A stretch of DNA of 64,000 nucleotides, taken from positions 5,579-69,578 of the forward strand of contig JADCHQ010000023.1 in the NCBI GenBank assembly GCA_020248405.1, given 5' to 3'. A program made the position numbers and the translations under genes. Below, piece after piece: positions 1 through 9,226 of the stretch; the stretch's first letter is position 1; every line of letters begins with the position of its first letter. The notes beneath the pieces were generated by a model, which saw only the letters and a program-made list of their open reading frames with translations, was not told the origin of the DNA and searched no databases. This DNA is from Rhodocyclaceae bacterium (GTDB lineage: Bacteria; Pseudomonadota; Gammaproteobacteria; Burkholderiales; Ga0077523).

Positions 1-226
1 CCTCGCCGCGATGCGCGCGGCGGGTTTCCCCGGCGCGGTGCTTCACGGCCGCGGCATCCACGTCATGGCGCATGACCCGCGGGACGCGCAAGAGCGCATG
101 CGCGCTGCGCTGGAACGCGCCGGGCTGCCGGAGCCGCTCGTCGCGCGGAGGGAGCTGAGCATGGAGGATGTGTTCGTGCATCGCATCCTCGCCCTTGAAG
201 CGGCCGCCGCCGCGCGGACGCCATGA
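1..226 (+). CDS. ABC transporter ATP-binding protein, C-terminal fragment (gene runs off the 5' edge)
   Basis: The ORF is open to the window edge. The tail ...LSMEDVFVHRIL resembles the C-terminal end of ABC-2-type ATPase subunits. Its stop overlaps (ATGA, 223-226) the start of the downstream ABC-2 permease. Confidence 0.5.
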   Translation, partial: LAAMRAAGFPGAVLHGRGIHVMAHDPRDAQERMRAALERAGLPEPLVARRELSMEDVFVHRILALEAAAAARTP

Positions 227-1377
227 CGCCGAAGCGCGTGCTCGCGCTTGCGGGGAAGGAGGTGCGCGAGATACTGCGCGATCGCCTGTATCTCATGCTC
301 GCGTTCCTGCTGCCCATCACGCTGCTGGTGGTGTTCGCCTATGGAATGACCTCAGACGTAAAGAACGTCGGCTTCGTTGTGGTGGACGAGGACCAGACGC
401 CCACCAGCCGCGACTATGCCCGGCAGTTCCTCGCCTCGCGGCATTTCCGCCTGGTGGCCTCGGGTCAGGATCCAGCGCTGATCGACGAGGTGCTCAGGAC
501 CGAACGCGCGCGCGTGGTCCTCTGGATCGGCCCTGACTTCGAGAAGCGCCTGCTCGCCCGCCAGCCGGTGGAAGTTGCAGCGCACATCGACGGCGCCGTA
601 ACTCCGCCGGGACGCACCATCCGCGCCTACCTCGAGGCGATCAACGCCCAGGCCAACGCCATCTACCAGACGAATCCACGACTCGCCCAGGCCGATGCAG
701 GCCCCGATTGCTGCCGCCAGGCGGCCCCGCCGGTGCGGATGGAGACGCGCTTTCTCTACAACCCGGAAGTGCGCAACATCGTCATGGTCGCCCCCTCGCT
801 GCTGATGCTTGTGCTGTTGCTCGTGCCGCCGCTGCTGATCGCGGTGAGCGTGGTGCGCGAAAAGGAGTCCGGCGCCATCTACAACATCGCCAGCTCGACC
901 GTTTCGCGTTTCGAGTTCCTGCTTGGAAAGCTGCTGCCCGCGGTGATGATCTGCATGATCAACGCGGTCGTGCTGTGGTTGTTGGTCGCCTTCTATTTCG
1001 GGGTGGCGTTTCGCGGCAGCGTGCCGCAGTTCGCCTTCGCGCTGCTGTTGTACGTTCTGGCCACGGCGGGATTGGGGTTGCTGGTATCGGCGGCCGTGCG
1101 CACGCAGCAGGCCGCCATCATCATCACGACCATCACCGCCATGATCGTCGCTACGCAGTTCGCGGGCTTCTTTGCGCCGCTCGACACCGCGGAGCCGGCC
1201 AACCGTTTTCTGGCGCGCCTGTTTCCGGCGGGCTACTTTCTGCCGGTGGTGCGTGGCATGTACCTGAAGGGCGCCGGCATGGGCGTGTACTGGGTCGAGC
1301 TGGCGGCGCTCGCGGTGTATTCGGGCGTCGTGCTGTGGCTGGCCCACGCCTTTTTCCGCAAGCGGACAAAGGCGTGA
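223..1377 (+). CDS. ABC-2 type transporter permease (YbhS/YhhJ-like)
   Basis: 384-aa ORF. It has an N-terminal TM helix, a large extracytoplasmic loop, then about 5 C-terminal TM helices, which is the typical ABC-2 membrane-protein layout. It is coupled to the flanking genes by ATGA and GTGA overlaps. Confidence 0.75.
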   Translation: MTPKRVLALAGKEVREILRDRLYLMLAFLLPITLLVVFAYGMTSDVKNVGFVVVDEDQTPTSRDYARQFLASRHFRLVASGQDPALIDEVLRTERARVVLWIGPDFEKRLLARQPVEVAAHIDGAVTPPGRTIRAYLEAINAQANAIYQTNPRLAQADAGPDCCRQAAPPVRMETRFLYNPEVRNIVMVAPSLLMLVLLLVPPLLIAVSVVREKESGAIYNIASSTVSRFEFLLGKLLPAVMICMINAVVLWLLVAFYFGVAFRGSVPQFAFALLLYVLATAGLGLLVSAAVRTQQAAIIITTITAMIVATQFAGFFAPLDTAEPANRFLARLFPAGYFLPVVRGMYLKGAGMGVYWVELAALAVYSGVVLWLAHAFFRKRTKA

Positions 1378-2552
1378 GCCGGAACCGGACATGGCCGCGC
1401 CTCGACGGCAGCCGCGCCCGGCGCTGGCTGCGCCAGGTGGCGGCGCTCATGGTCAAGGAGTGGCGTCAACTGCTGCGCGACCGCGCGCTGTTCGGCTTCG
1501 TGGTGTTCATCTTCACCGTGGACATCATGATCGCCTTCGGCGCGCCCGAGCTGGACCTGCACCGATCGCCGGTGGGCGTGATCGACCGCGACCGCAGCGC
1601 GGCCTCGCGCGACCTCTTCTACCGCCTGCGGCCGCCCTACTTCGCCGCGAGCGTCCTTCCCGAGCAGGAGGCGCAGCTTGAACGGCGGCTTGACCGCGGG
1701 GAGCTGCGCGCGGTGCTGACGATCCCCCACGGCTTCGAGCGCGACCTGGTTTCCGGCCGTCCCACCGATCTGCAGCTGACCGTGGACGCGAGCGATTCCA
1801 ACCTGTCCTACCTGCTGGCCAGCTACGTCGAGCGAATCACCGCCGCCATGGCGCAGGAATGGCACGAACGCCGCGACGCGGCCAGCGGCCGCGACAACCG
1901 GGAGCCCGTGGTGCTGCTGCAGCCGCGCATGCGCTTCAACCCCACCATGCGGGAAGGGTGGTTCAGCACCATTTCCGAACTGTTGGGGATGTTGACGGTG
2001 GCGGGGATCCTTCTGCCCGCCGCGGCTCTGGTCAGGGAGAAGGAGCGCGGCACCATCGAGCAGTTGCTGGTGTCGCCGTTGACGCCGCTTCAGATCGTCC
2101 TGGGGAAGGTGATGGCGATGACGGCGGTGACCCTGCTCGGCACCCTGGTGGCGGTTGCCGGGGTGATGCACGGCTGGCTCGGTGTGCCCTTCGCAGGCAG
2201 CATTCCGCTGTTCTTCGCGATGGTGGCGCTGTTCGCGATGACTGCCGCGGGCCTGGGCGTGACCGCCGCCACCTTCGCCCGCAACTCCGGTCAGGTGGGT
2301 CTGGTGGTGCTGCTGCTGGTGATGCCCATCACCATGCTCTCGGGCACCTGGAATCTGGTGGAGGGCATGCCCCCGTGGCTGCGCACCGCGATCGAGGTCT
2401 CGCCGCTGCGGCACTTCGTGCAGATCGCCTACGGGGTGCTGCTGAGGGGCGCCGACGCCAGCGAGGTCGCCCTGCCAGCCGCCAAGATGGCGCTGCTCGG
2501 AGCCGTATTCTTCGCGGCGGGTGTGTCGCGGTTCAGGCGCCAGTTCCGCTGA
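1374..2552 (+). CDS. ABC-2 type transporter permease, second paralog (YbhR-like)
   Basis: It is in frame within ORF 708-2552. A GTG at 1374 overlaps the upstream stop (GTGA). The ...KEWRQLLRDRALFGF... N-terminus and the C-terminal TM bundle parallel the upstream permease. An alternative ATG start lies near 1449. Confidence 0.7.
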   Translation: MSRNRTWPRLDGSRARRWLRQVAALMVKEWRQLLRDRALFGFVVFIFTVDIMIAFGAPELDLHRSPVGVIDRDRSAASRDLFYRLRPPYFAASVLPEQEAQLERRLDRGELRAVLTIPHGFERDLVSGRPTDLQLTVDASDSNLSYLLASYVERITAAMAQEWHERRDAASGRDNREPVVLLQPRMRFNPTMREGWFSTISELLGMLTVAGILLPAAALVREKERGTIEQLLVSPLTPLQIVLGKVMAMTAVTLLGTLVAVAGVMHGWLGVPFAGSIPLFFAMVALFAMTAAGLGVTAATFARNSGQVGLVVLLLVMPITMLSGTWNLVEGMPPWLRTAIEVSPLRHFVQIAYGVLLRGADASEVALPAAKMALLGAVFFAAGVSRFRRQFR

Positions 2553-2726
2553 CTGCTCAGGCCGCCTGCAAACCGCACGATCGCTGCGTTGCTCCAGGGC
2601 TGGCCCGCCAGGCATGATCAACGGTGCAGTTGCGCCCCGGGGAGCACGCTACGGCGCAGTGCCGGGGCCGCGCGGCTTCGTCCCCGCCAAAACGCCAAGC
2701 GGGTCGCCGCCCGCAGCACCGGCAAC

Positions 2727-3614
2727 TTACTTCGGCGAGGTATTCACCAGCGGCGTGATGCTCATGCCCGCCGGCACCACAACCGTGTTGGTGTTGCCCT
2801 TTTCTGCGAACTTGAGCAATGCCTGGTTCGCCTCGTGCTGCAGGTATTCGCGCGTCAGGCTTCCCGCGATGATGCGGTTCGACTTCGAGATGCCCTCGGC
2901 TTCCGTCACGCGGATCTCCGCCTCGCGTTTGGCGATCTCCGTCTGCACCGTCATGGCCTCGAGCTTCTTCTGGTTGGCCACGGCCTGGCGGATGGATTCC
3001 TCGATGGACGGGTCGGTCAGCACGGAGCGCACCACCACGCGCGTCACCGTAAACACGCCGGGGTCAGTCTTGTCCAGCTCGGTCTGCATGTACTTCTGCA
3101 CCGCCGATGAGATTTCGTCGCGCTTGGTATGCAGCACCAGCGAATCCACCTTGGCCACTTCCTCGTAGGCCACGTTGCGGGCCACGCGAAACACCAGTTC
3201 GTAGGCCGGCAGCCAGTAGCCCTCCGTGGGGGAACGCGCCGACTGGCCGGAGTACTTGCTTTGCAGCTCCGACACCTTGGCCGCAGCGGCCTTGTAGTAG
3301 ATGGTGATGTCCATGTCGCGCAACGAAAGGTTGTCGCGCGCCTTGGGCGTGAGGTCCTGCAGGTCCACGGCAATTTCCTTGGCGGTGAATTCCTCCACCT
3401 GCGAGATGAACGGCCATTTGGCATAAACGCCTGGCTCTACCTCGTCCTGGCTGATCACGCCGAGGGTGATGCGTACCCCCACGTTGCCGGTGGCAATGGT
3501 GCCAAAGGCCAGCCACCCGACCAACCCGAGGAGCAGCAGCAGGGGAAACAACGACAGCCTTCGTACGGCGTTTCCGAGGGCGGCACGGGCAACTTCAGGG
3601 CGGAACTCGGCCAT
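2727..3614 (-). CDS. SPFH/band-7 (prohibitin-like) membrane protein
   Basis: An ATG at 3614 (MAEFRPE...) is preceded by GGAGA. There is one N-terminal TM helix, then an SPFH-like core and a coiled-coil tail (KKLEAMTVQTEIAKREAEIRVTEAEG). The upstream part of ORF 2727-4010 is Pro/Arg-rich out-of-context sequence. Confidence 0.7.
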   Translation of the reverse strand: MAEFRPEVARAALGNAVRRLSLFPLLLLLGLVGWLAFGTIATGNVGVRITLGVISQDEVEPGVYAKWPFISQVEEFTAKEIAVDLQDLTPKARDNLSLRDMDITIYYKAAAAKVSELQSKYSGQSARSPTEGYWLPAYELVFRVARNVAYEEVAKVDSLVLHTKRDEISSAVQKYMQTELDKTDPGVFTVTRVVVRSVLTDPSIEESIRQAVANQKKLEAMTVQTEIAKREAEIRVTEAEGISKSNRIIAGSLTREYLQHEANQALLKFAEKGNTNTVVVPAGMSITPLVNTSPK

Positions 3615-3714
3615 GGGAGGTCTCCAATGAAAGGGGCCAGTAAAAACCGGGCGGCACGGCACCGGCGCCGGGCTGCGTTGCGCCCGGACGGCACCCTGTC
3701 GGGTGGCAAGCGTA

Positions 3715-4827
3715 TCAGCGCGCCGCCTCCATGGGATCCAGCCACGGCCGCTCCAGGTCCTCCGCCAGCGGCTTGTAGGTGATCTGCCCCCGGGCGATCT
3801 GCAACCCCGCCTGCAGCCCCGCGTCCTGCGCGCACGCCTGCTTCCACCCCATGGCCGCCAGCCGGGCCACGTGGGGCAGCGTGGCCTGGGTGAGCGCCAG
3901 CGTGGAGGTGCGCGCCACGGCGCCGGGCATGTTGGGCACACAGTAGTGCAGCACGCCTTCTTCCACGTAGGTGGGCTCGGCGTGGGAGGTGGGACGCGAG
4001 GTCTCGGCACAGCCGCCCTGGTCGATGCCCACGTCCACGAACACCGAGCCGGGGCGCATGCGGCGCAGCATGGCGCGGGTGATGAGGTGGGGCGTGTGCT
4101 TGCCTGGCACCAGCACGGCGCCGATCACCAGGTCGGCCTCGGCCACGTGGCGGGCGATGGCCTCGGGCTCGGACACCGCGGTCTTGAGGCGCGCACCGAA
4201 AATCTCCTCCAGCTGCCGCAGCCGCGGCAGGCTCACGTCCAGCAGCGTCACGTCGGCGCCGATGCCCGTGGCGGCCCACGCAGCGTGGGTGCCCACGGTG
4301 CCGCCGCCCAGGATGGTGACCTTACCCGGCGGCACGCCCGGCACGCCCTGCAGCAGCACGCCGCTGCCGCCCTGGGGCAGCATCAGCGCCCACGCGCCGG
4401 CCTGCACGGCCAGCCGGCCCGCCACCTCGGACATGGGTATCAGCAGCGGCAGCCGGCCCTGGGCATCGCTCACCGTCTCGTAGGCGATGCCGGTGCTGCC
4501 TGCGGCCTCCATGGCGTCGAGCACCTCCACGCAGGTGACCAGATGAAGGTAGGTGAACAGCACCAGGTCGTCGCGGAAGAAGCGCAGCTCTCCGGGCTGG
4601 GGTTCCTTCACCTTCACCACCAGTCCGGCGGCCCAAGCCTCAGCGGCGCTGTCCACCACCCGCGCGCCCGCGGACCGGTAGGCCTCATCACCGAAGCCGA
4701 TGCGCGCGCCCGCCTGGGACTGCACCAGCACCTCGTGGCCCTGGCCCGCCAGCAGGGCGGCGCCCGCGGGGGTGAGGCCCACGCGGTATTCGTGGTTCTT
4801 GGTTTCCTTTGGGATGCCGATCTTCAT
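3715..4827 (-). CDS. ald: Alanine dehydrogenase
   Basis: Starts MKIGIPKETKNHEYRVGLTP. It carries the GGGTVG dinucleotide-binding motif and is 371 aa, a textbook Ald signature. The real start is the ATG at 4827, inside the longer ORF. Confidence 0.9.
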   Translation of the reverse strand: MKIGIPKETKNHEYRVGLTPAGAALLAGQGHEVLVQSQAGARIGFGDEAYRSAGARVVDSAAEAWAAGLVVKVKEPQPGELRFFRDDLVLFTYLHLVTCVEVLDAMEAAGSTGIAYETVSDAQGRLPLLIPMSEVAGRLAVQAGAWALMLPQGGSGVLLQGVPGVPPGKVTILGGGTVGTHAAWAATGIGADVTLLDVSLPRLRQLEEIFGARLKTAVSEPEAIARHVAEADLVIGAVLVPGKHTPHLITRAMLRRMRPGSVFVDVGIDQGGCAETSRPTSHAEPTYVEEGVLHYCVPNMPGAVARTSTLALTQATLPHVARLAAMGWKQACAQDAGLQAGLQIARGQITYKPLAEDLERPWLDPMEAAR

Positions 4828-4908
4828 GGTGGGTTTGCTCCTTGCCGCACAGCGGAACCATCGCTTCGGGGGCCGCCTCGAAGAGGCATTCCACCCCGCC
4901 GCACCGCC

Positions 4909-5121
4909 ATGCGAACCGCCATAGTGCTGATTTTGCTCCCCGCGCTCGCCGCCTGCGCGTCGAAACCGCGGCCCGATTACTCGGGAGATCCCGCCTTTCG
5001 CAAGGCGCACCTCGCCTGCCACCAGCACATGATGGGCGCCAGCCCCGGGCACGGCTGGGGCATCACGCCCAACCGGCACGTCTACCTCATGTGCATGCAG
5101 CGCAAAGGCTACGACGTCTGA
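4909..5121 (+). CDS. Small lipoprotein (70 aa), function unknown
   Basis: MRTAIVLILLPALAACASK has a signal peptide plus an LAAC lipobox. Only the last 70 codons of the 472-aa ORF 3703-5121 look genuine. The rest is antisense to ald. Confidence 0.55.
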   Translation: MRTAIVLILLPALAACASKPRPDYSGDPAFRKAHLACHQHMMGASPGHGWGITPNRHVYLMCMQRKGYDV

Positions 5122-5317
5122 ACGGCAAACCCCATGTCTCCGGGTTGATCGCGGCGCCAGGCGCCATGGCCGCGTGCATCAGAAGCCAACGCCCCCGCGC
5201 TGCCGGTGCCCGGCGCTTGGCCGGCTTTCGCAGGCGCCCGCCGGCCGTGCCACGAACGGGCCCGGCCATCCGGGCGGCATCAATCGCGGCGACGAGCCAG
5301 CACCCCGGGCCTGCCTG

Positions 5318-7186
5318 TCAAGACCGCAGCCACTGGAGCGCGTCGCCGAGAGGCATTGGCTTCGCCCAGAAATAGCCCTGTCCCAGCTGGAAGCCCATCT
5401 GCGCCAAAACCTGCGCCTGCTGCGGGGTCTCCACACCCTCGGCAACCGCGGGCATGCCGCAGGCCGAAGCCATGGACAACGCTACTTCACAGAGCGCCCG
5501 CCCGCGCGACCCCGAGATCAGCTGTGCGATGAACGACCGGTCGATCTTCACCTCGTCGAAGGGGATCGTGAGCAGGTGGTTCAGCGAGGTGTAGCCCGCG
5601 CCGAAGTCGTCCAGCGCCAGACGGAAGCCCGCCTCGCGCAGCCGCAGCAGCGCCTCGCGCGCGGGGCTGTCGGCCTCGAGCCACTGACTCTCGGTCACCT
5701 CGAGGGCGATGCGGTCGGGCTCAACTCCGAAATCCCGCGAGAGCTCGCGCGCCCGATCGACGAGCGAACCGCGCAGCAGTTGCTGGATCGACACATTCAC
5801 GTTCAGGCTGATGCCACGCAGCTCCTCCGGATGCTCGGCCAGGGTGCGGAACGCGTAGCGCAGCACGCTCAGGCCAAGGGCGTCCACCAGGCCGCTCTCC
5901 TCGGCGATCGGCACGAACTCCGAGGGCGGAATGCCCGCGGCATCCGGCCCCTTCAAGCGTGCCAGCACCTCGAAGCACGCCGCGCGACGTGTACCGAGAG
6001 ACACAATAGGCTGCAGGAATGGCTCGACACGGTCCTCGTCGAGCGCCTCCCTGAGCAGGCGCGCCACGTGGCGCCGTGCCACGACCCGGGCGCGCTCGCG
6101 GTCACCAAACACCACGCACCGGTGCCGGCCAAGCCGCTTGCCCACTTCGACGGCCTCGATCGCCTGGGACAGCACCTCGTCAAGCGACACCGCCGACGGC
6201 TGCCACGCCACCACGCCCGCCGAGAAGGTGAGCCCCACGCGCGCATCCCCGAAGTGGATCGGCTCCTCGAAGGCCCTCAGCACCTCTTCAATGCAGGGGC
6301 GGACCGCGTCCGGATTGCCAGAGATCACCACCACGAACTGGTCGCCACCGAACCGGGCAAGCAGTTCGACGACGCCCATATGCTGCTGCAGCCGCTCAGC
6401 GGCGCCGGCCAGCAGGCGGTCCGAGGCATGCTGGCCAAGGGCGTCGTTGTGCAGCTTGAAGTGATCGGCGTCGAAGATCGCGAGGCTGTAGGGCAGACCC
6501 GCCCGGCCCGAATCCTGGGTCAGGTCCGAAGCGAAGACCTGAAGCGCCAGGCGGTTACCAAGCCCCGTGAGCTCGTCGAGCATCATGCGCCGCTCGCGCT
6601 CGGCATCGTGGCGCCAGCGCTCCACCGCCATGGCGGCGAGGTGCGTGAAGTGATCCACCAGCGCGAGATCATCGTCCGAAGGGGCGCGCCGGTCCGCGTA
6701 GTACATGCCGAACACGCCAAGCAGGTTGCCCTGCGCGTCCTTCAACGGCGTGCTCCAGCACGACGCGAGGCCATAACCAGCCGCGAAGTCGCGGAAGGCC
6801 ACCCACCGCGGGTCGGACTGCACGTCAGTGGTGACAACGCGCTGGCGCAGGAAGGCGGCCGCGCCGCAGCTGCCCATCGCGGGCCCGGGAGTCAGACCGT
6901 CGATCCCATCGGCGAAGCTGTCCGGCAGCCGCCCGTAGCCGCCCTTTCGCAGCGAGTTCGTCAGCGGATCGTAGACGAGCACCGATGCGAGCATGGTGGG
7001 GATGGCCTCCTCGCTGAAGCGCGCGATGGCCGTGAGCGTTTCCCGCAGCGACGCGCCCCGCCCCAGCAATTCGATCACGCGCTGCTGGCCGAGCAACAAC
7101 TGGTCGGCCGACAATCCGGTGCATCGCAAGAGGGGCGAATCAGGTGCGGAATGCGGCACAGACGCAGCAGCGGGATTGCTATGCAT
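5318..7186 (-). CDS. GAF-GGDEF-EAL signalling protein with a degenerate GGDQF motif
   Basis: Starts at MHSN (7186). N-terminal GAF-like region, a GGDEF domain with RFGGDQFVVV (6335-6349), and an EAL domain with FEVLARL, DDFGAGYTSL and KIDRSF. Confidence 0.85.
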   Translation of the reverse strand: MHSNPAAASVPHSAPDSPLLRCTGLSADQLLLGQQRVIELLGRGASLRETLTAIARFSEEAIPTMLASVLVYDPLTNSLRKGGYGRLPDSFADGIDGLTPGPAMGSCGAAAFLRQRVVTTDVQSDPRWVAFRDFAAGYGLASCWSTPLKDAQGNLLGVFGMYYADRRAPSDDDLALVDHFTHLAAMAVERWRHDAERERRMMLDELTGLGNRLALQVFASDLTQDSGRAGLPYSLAIFDADHFKLHNDALGQHASDRLLAGAAERLQQHMGVVELLARFGGDQFVVVISGNPDAVRPCIEEVLRAFEEPIHFGDARVGLTFSAGVVAWQPSAVSLDEVLSQAIEAVEVGKRLGRHRCVVFGDRERARVVARRHVARLLREALDEDRVEPFLQPIVSLGTRRAACFEVLARLKGPDAAGIPPSEFVPIAEESGLVDALGLSVLRYAFRTLAEHPEELRGISLNVNVSIQQLLRGSLVDRARELSRDFGVEPDRIALEVTESQWLEADSPAREALLRLREAGFRLALDDFGAGYTSLNHLLTIPFDEVKIDRSFIAQLISGSRGRALCEVALSMASACGMPAVAEGVETPQQAQVLAQMGFQLGQGYFWAKPMPLGDALQWLRS

Positions 7187-7538
7187 GGTGACCTGGAGCC
7201 TGGCTAGTCCGGAAGTGACATGCGGTAGAAAGCAAAACCTCCAAACCTTGAGGTTCTTCCCGCGTTTGCCCGAGATTTTGGAAAAACTTGTTCCAGAAGA
7301 AGTGTACCGCCAGTTATCCAGATTTCGGCGAGTTTTGAAGCCGGGCGGTCGGGGTTGACGGCTTCGGCTGGACCTTTTCAAGGAATGGCGCCTGGCTATT
7401 CCCGGCGCTCCAGGATGGATCTCGCCCTGGCTGCGCGCTGCGGGCGCCGCGAGGGGTGGTGGCCATGGTGCAGCGCACAGACCGGAGTGATCGCGCCCGG
7501 CGCAGGCGGCCGGCCAGCAGACCCCAAGGCCGCTGCAA

Positions 7539-7551
7539 GTTGTCTGACAAC
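7539..7551. promoter_or_regulatory. Candidate GntR-family operator, GTTGTC-T-GACAAC
   Basis: A perfect 6+1+6 palindrome matching the generic GntR/FadR operator pattern (GT-Nx-AC core). It lies 25 bp upstream of the GntR-family gene start. Confidence 0.45.
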
Positions 7552-7575
7552 CGATATCCGGCTATTCTGCGCGGC

Positions 7576-8298
7576 ATGAAGCCCTTGGACCTGCCCTTCG
7601 TGGGCCGCAAGCAGCGCTTATCCGACCGGGTGGCCGACGAACTGCGCGCCGCCATCACCGAGCGGCGCCTGCCGCCCGGCAGCCGTCTGCCCACCGAGGC
7701 GGCGCTGTCGCAGAGCTTCGGCGTGAGCCGTCCGGTGGTGCGCGAGGCCGTGTCGCGCCTCGCCTCCGAGGGGCTGGTGGAGTCGCACCAAGGCTCCGGG
7801 CTGTTTGTCCCCGAGCACCGGCCGCTCACGCCCCTGCGGCTCGACCCGAGGGTGCACGAATCCAGCTCTACCCTGGAAGAGCTCTACGAACTGCGCCGGG
7901 CCGTTGAAGCCGAAATCGCCGCGCTCGCCGCCCTGCGCCGCAGCCGTGCGCAACTGACGGCTATCGGCCGGGCACTTGCCGCCGTGGAGGCCGCGCGCGA
8001 CGCGGGCTCCGACGGCGTGGAGGAAGACCTGTCCTTCCACCAGGCCATCGCCGAGGCCTGCGGCAACCGCCTGCTGCAGTCCACCTGGGCCTTCCTGGGC
8101 CAGTACCTGCGCGGCGCCATCCGCATCACCCACTCCAACGAATCACGCTCGCCCGCCTTCGAAGCCGCGGTGCACGCCGAGCACGCGGCCATTGCCGAGG
8201 CCATCCGCCTGCGCCAGCCCGAGAACGCGCGCGCCGCCGTGCTGGCCCACCTGGAAGGCGCCGCATCGCGCCTGGCGTGCGCCGCCCGCACCCACTGA
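7576..8298 (+). CDS. GntR family transcriptional regulator (FadR/FCD subfamily)
   Basis: N-terminal winged HTH (LPTEAALSQSFGVSRPVVREAVSRLASEGLVES) and a C-terminal all-helical FCD-like domain. The ATG at 7576 is the start inside the longer ORF. Confidence 0.85.
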   Translation: MKPLDLPFVGRKQRLSDRVADELRAAITERRLPPGSRLPTEAALSQSFGVSRPVVREAVSRLASEGLVESHQGSGLFVPEHRPLTPLRLDPRVHESSSTLEELYELRRAVEAEIAALAALRRSRAQLTAIGRALAAVEAARDAGSDGVEEDLSFHQAIAEACGNRLLQSTWAFLGQYLRGAIRITHSNESRSPAFEAAVHAEHAAIAEAIRLRQPENARAAVLAHLEGAASRLACAARTH

Positions 8299-8334
8299 CC
8301 CCGACCCCCGATCCAACCCCAGCGGAGCAATACC

Positions 8335-9171
8335 ATGCCCGGATCCATCCTCACCGCCCTGCAGCGCGCCGACTACGAGCGCGACGGCTACGTCACCGTG
8401 CGCAAGCTCTTCGACGCCGAGGAGATCGCCATCCTGCGCAGCGCCATCGAGCAGGACCCGGCCCTGCGCAACCGCCTCTACGACCGCAACGACGCCTCCG
8501 GCAAGGCCACGCGCATGGCCACGTGGAATCATCCGGGCGACAGCGTCTACGGTCTGGCGGCGCGCTCGCACCGCATCGTCGACACCATGGAGGAGCTGCT
8601 GGGCGGCGAGGTGTACCACTACCACTCCAAGCTCACCGCCAAGGAGCCCCTCGAGGGCGGGGCGTGGGAGTGGCACCAGGACTACGGCTACTGGTATCAC
8701 AACGGCTGCGTGTTCCCTTACATGGCCAGCGTCATGGTGGCGCTCGACCGCAGCACGCGCGAGAACGGCTGCCTGCAGGTGGTGAAGGGCTCGCACCACT
8801 GCGGGCGCATCGAGCACGGCGTCTTGCCCGGCGAGCAGGTGGGGGCCGACCCGAAGCGCGTGGAGGAGATCCTCAAGCGCATGCCCGTGGAGTACGCGGA
8901 GCTCGATCCTGGCGACGGTATCTTCTTCCACAGCAACGTGCTACACCGCTCCGACCAGAACCGCTCCGCCCATCGCCGCTGGACCGTGATCCACTGCTAC
9001 AACGCGGCCCGCAACAACCCCTACCTGGAGCACCATCACCCCTTCTATACGCCGCTGCACAAGGTGGACGACGACGCCATCAAGCGCGCCGGCGTCACCT
9101 TCGCGGCCTCGGAAGAAGAGTTCCGCGAGAAGTCGGCCAATCCGCCGGAGCTGAAGCGGCGCATCGCCTGA
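8335..9171 (+). CDS. Phytanoyl-CoA dioxygenase (PhyH) family Fe(II)/2-oxoglutarate oxygenase
   Basis: The 278-aa protein contains WEWHQDYGYW (the H-x-D iron ligands) and FFHSNVLHRS (distal His/Arg). A GGAG RBS precedes the start. Confidence 0.75.
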   Translation: MPGSILTALQRADYERDGYVTVRKLFDAEEIAILRSAIEQDPALRNRLYDRNDASGKATRMATWNHPGDSVYGLAARSHRIVDTMEELLGGEVYHYHSKLTAKEPLEGGAWEWHQDYGYWYHNGCVFPYMASVMVALDRSTRENGCLQVVKGSHHCGRIEHGVLPGEQVGADPKRVEEILKRMPVEYAELDPGDGIFFHSNVLHRSDQNRSAHRRWTVIHCYNAARNNPYLEHHHPFYTPLHKVDDDAIKRAGVTFAASEEEFREKSANPPELKRRIA

Positions 9172-9226
9172 GGGCGCGGCGCCGCCCGGCGGCCCGCTCC
9201 AGCCCGCCCGGAAGCCACCCAGGACG

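Noticed and set aside
3703-5121. 472-aa ORF taken as a single gene.
   Set aside because: Most of it is antisense to alanine dehydrogenase. Only the last 70 codons (4909-5121) form a plausible lipoprotein with its own ATG.
5174-7207. 677-aa forward ORF overlapping the GGDEF/EAL gene. There are similar very long antisense ORFs at 14599-16770, 26084-29518, 33836-36730, 36657-38033, 41112-43364 and 53522-55186.
   Set aside because: Their translations are Arg/Gly/Ala/His-rich low-complexity strings with no motifs. Each lies antisense to a gene with clear family signatures. Long stop-free antisense frames are expected at this G+C content.
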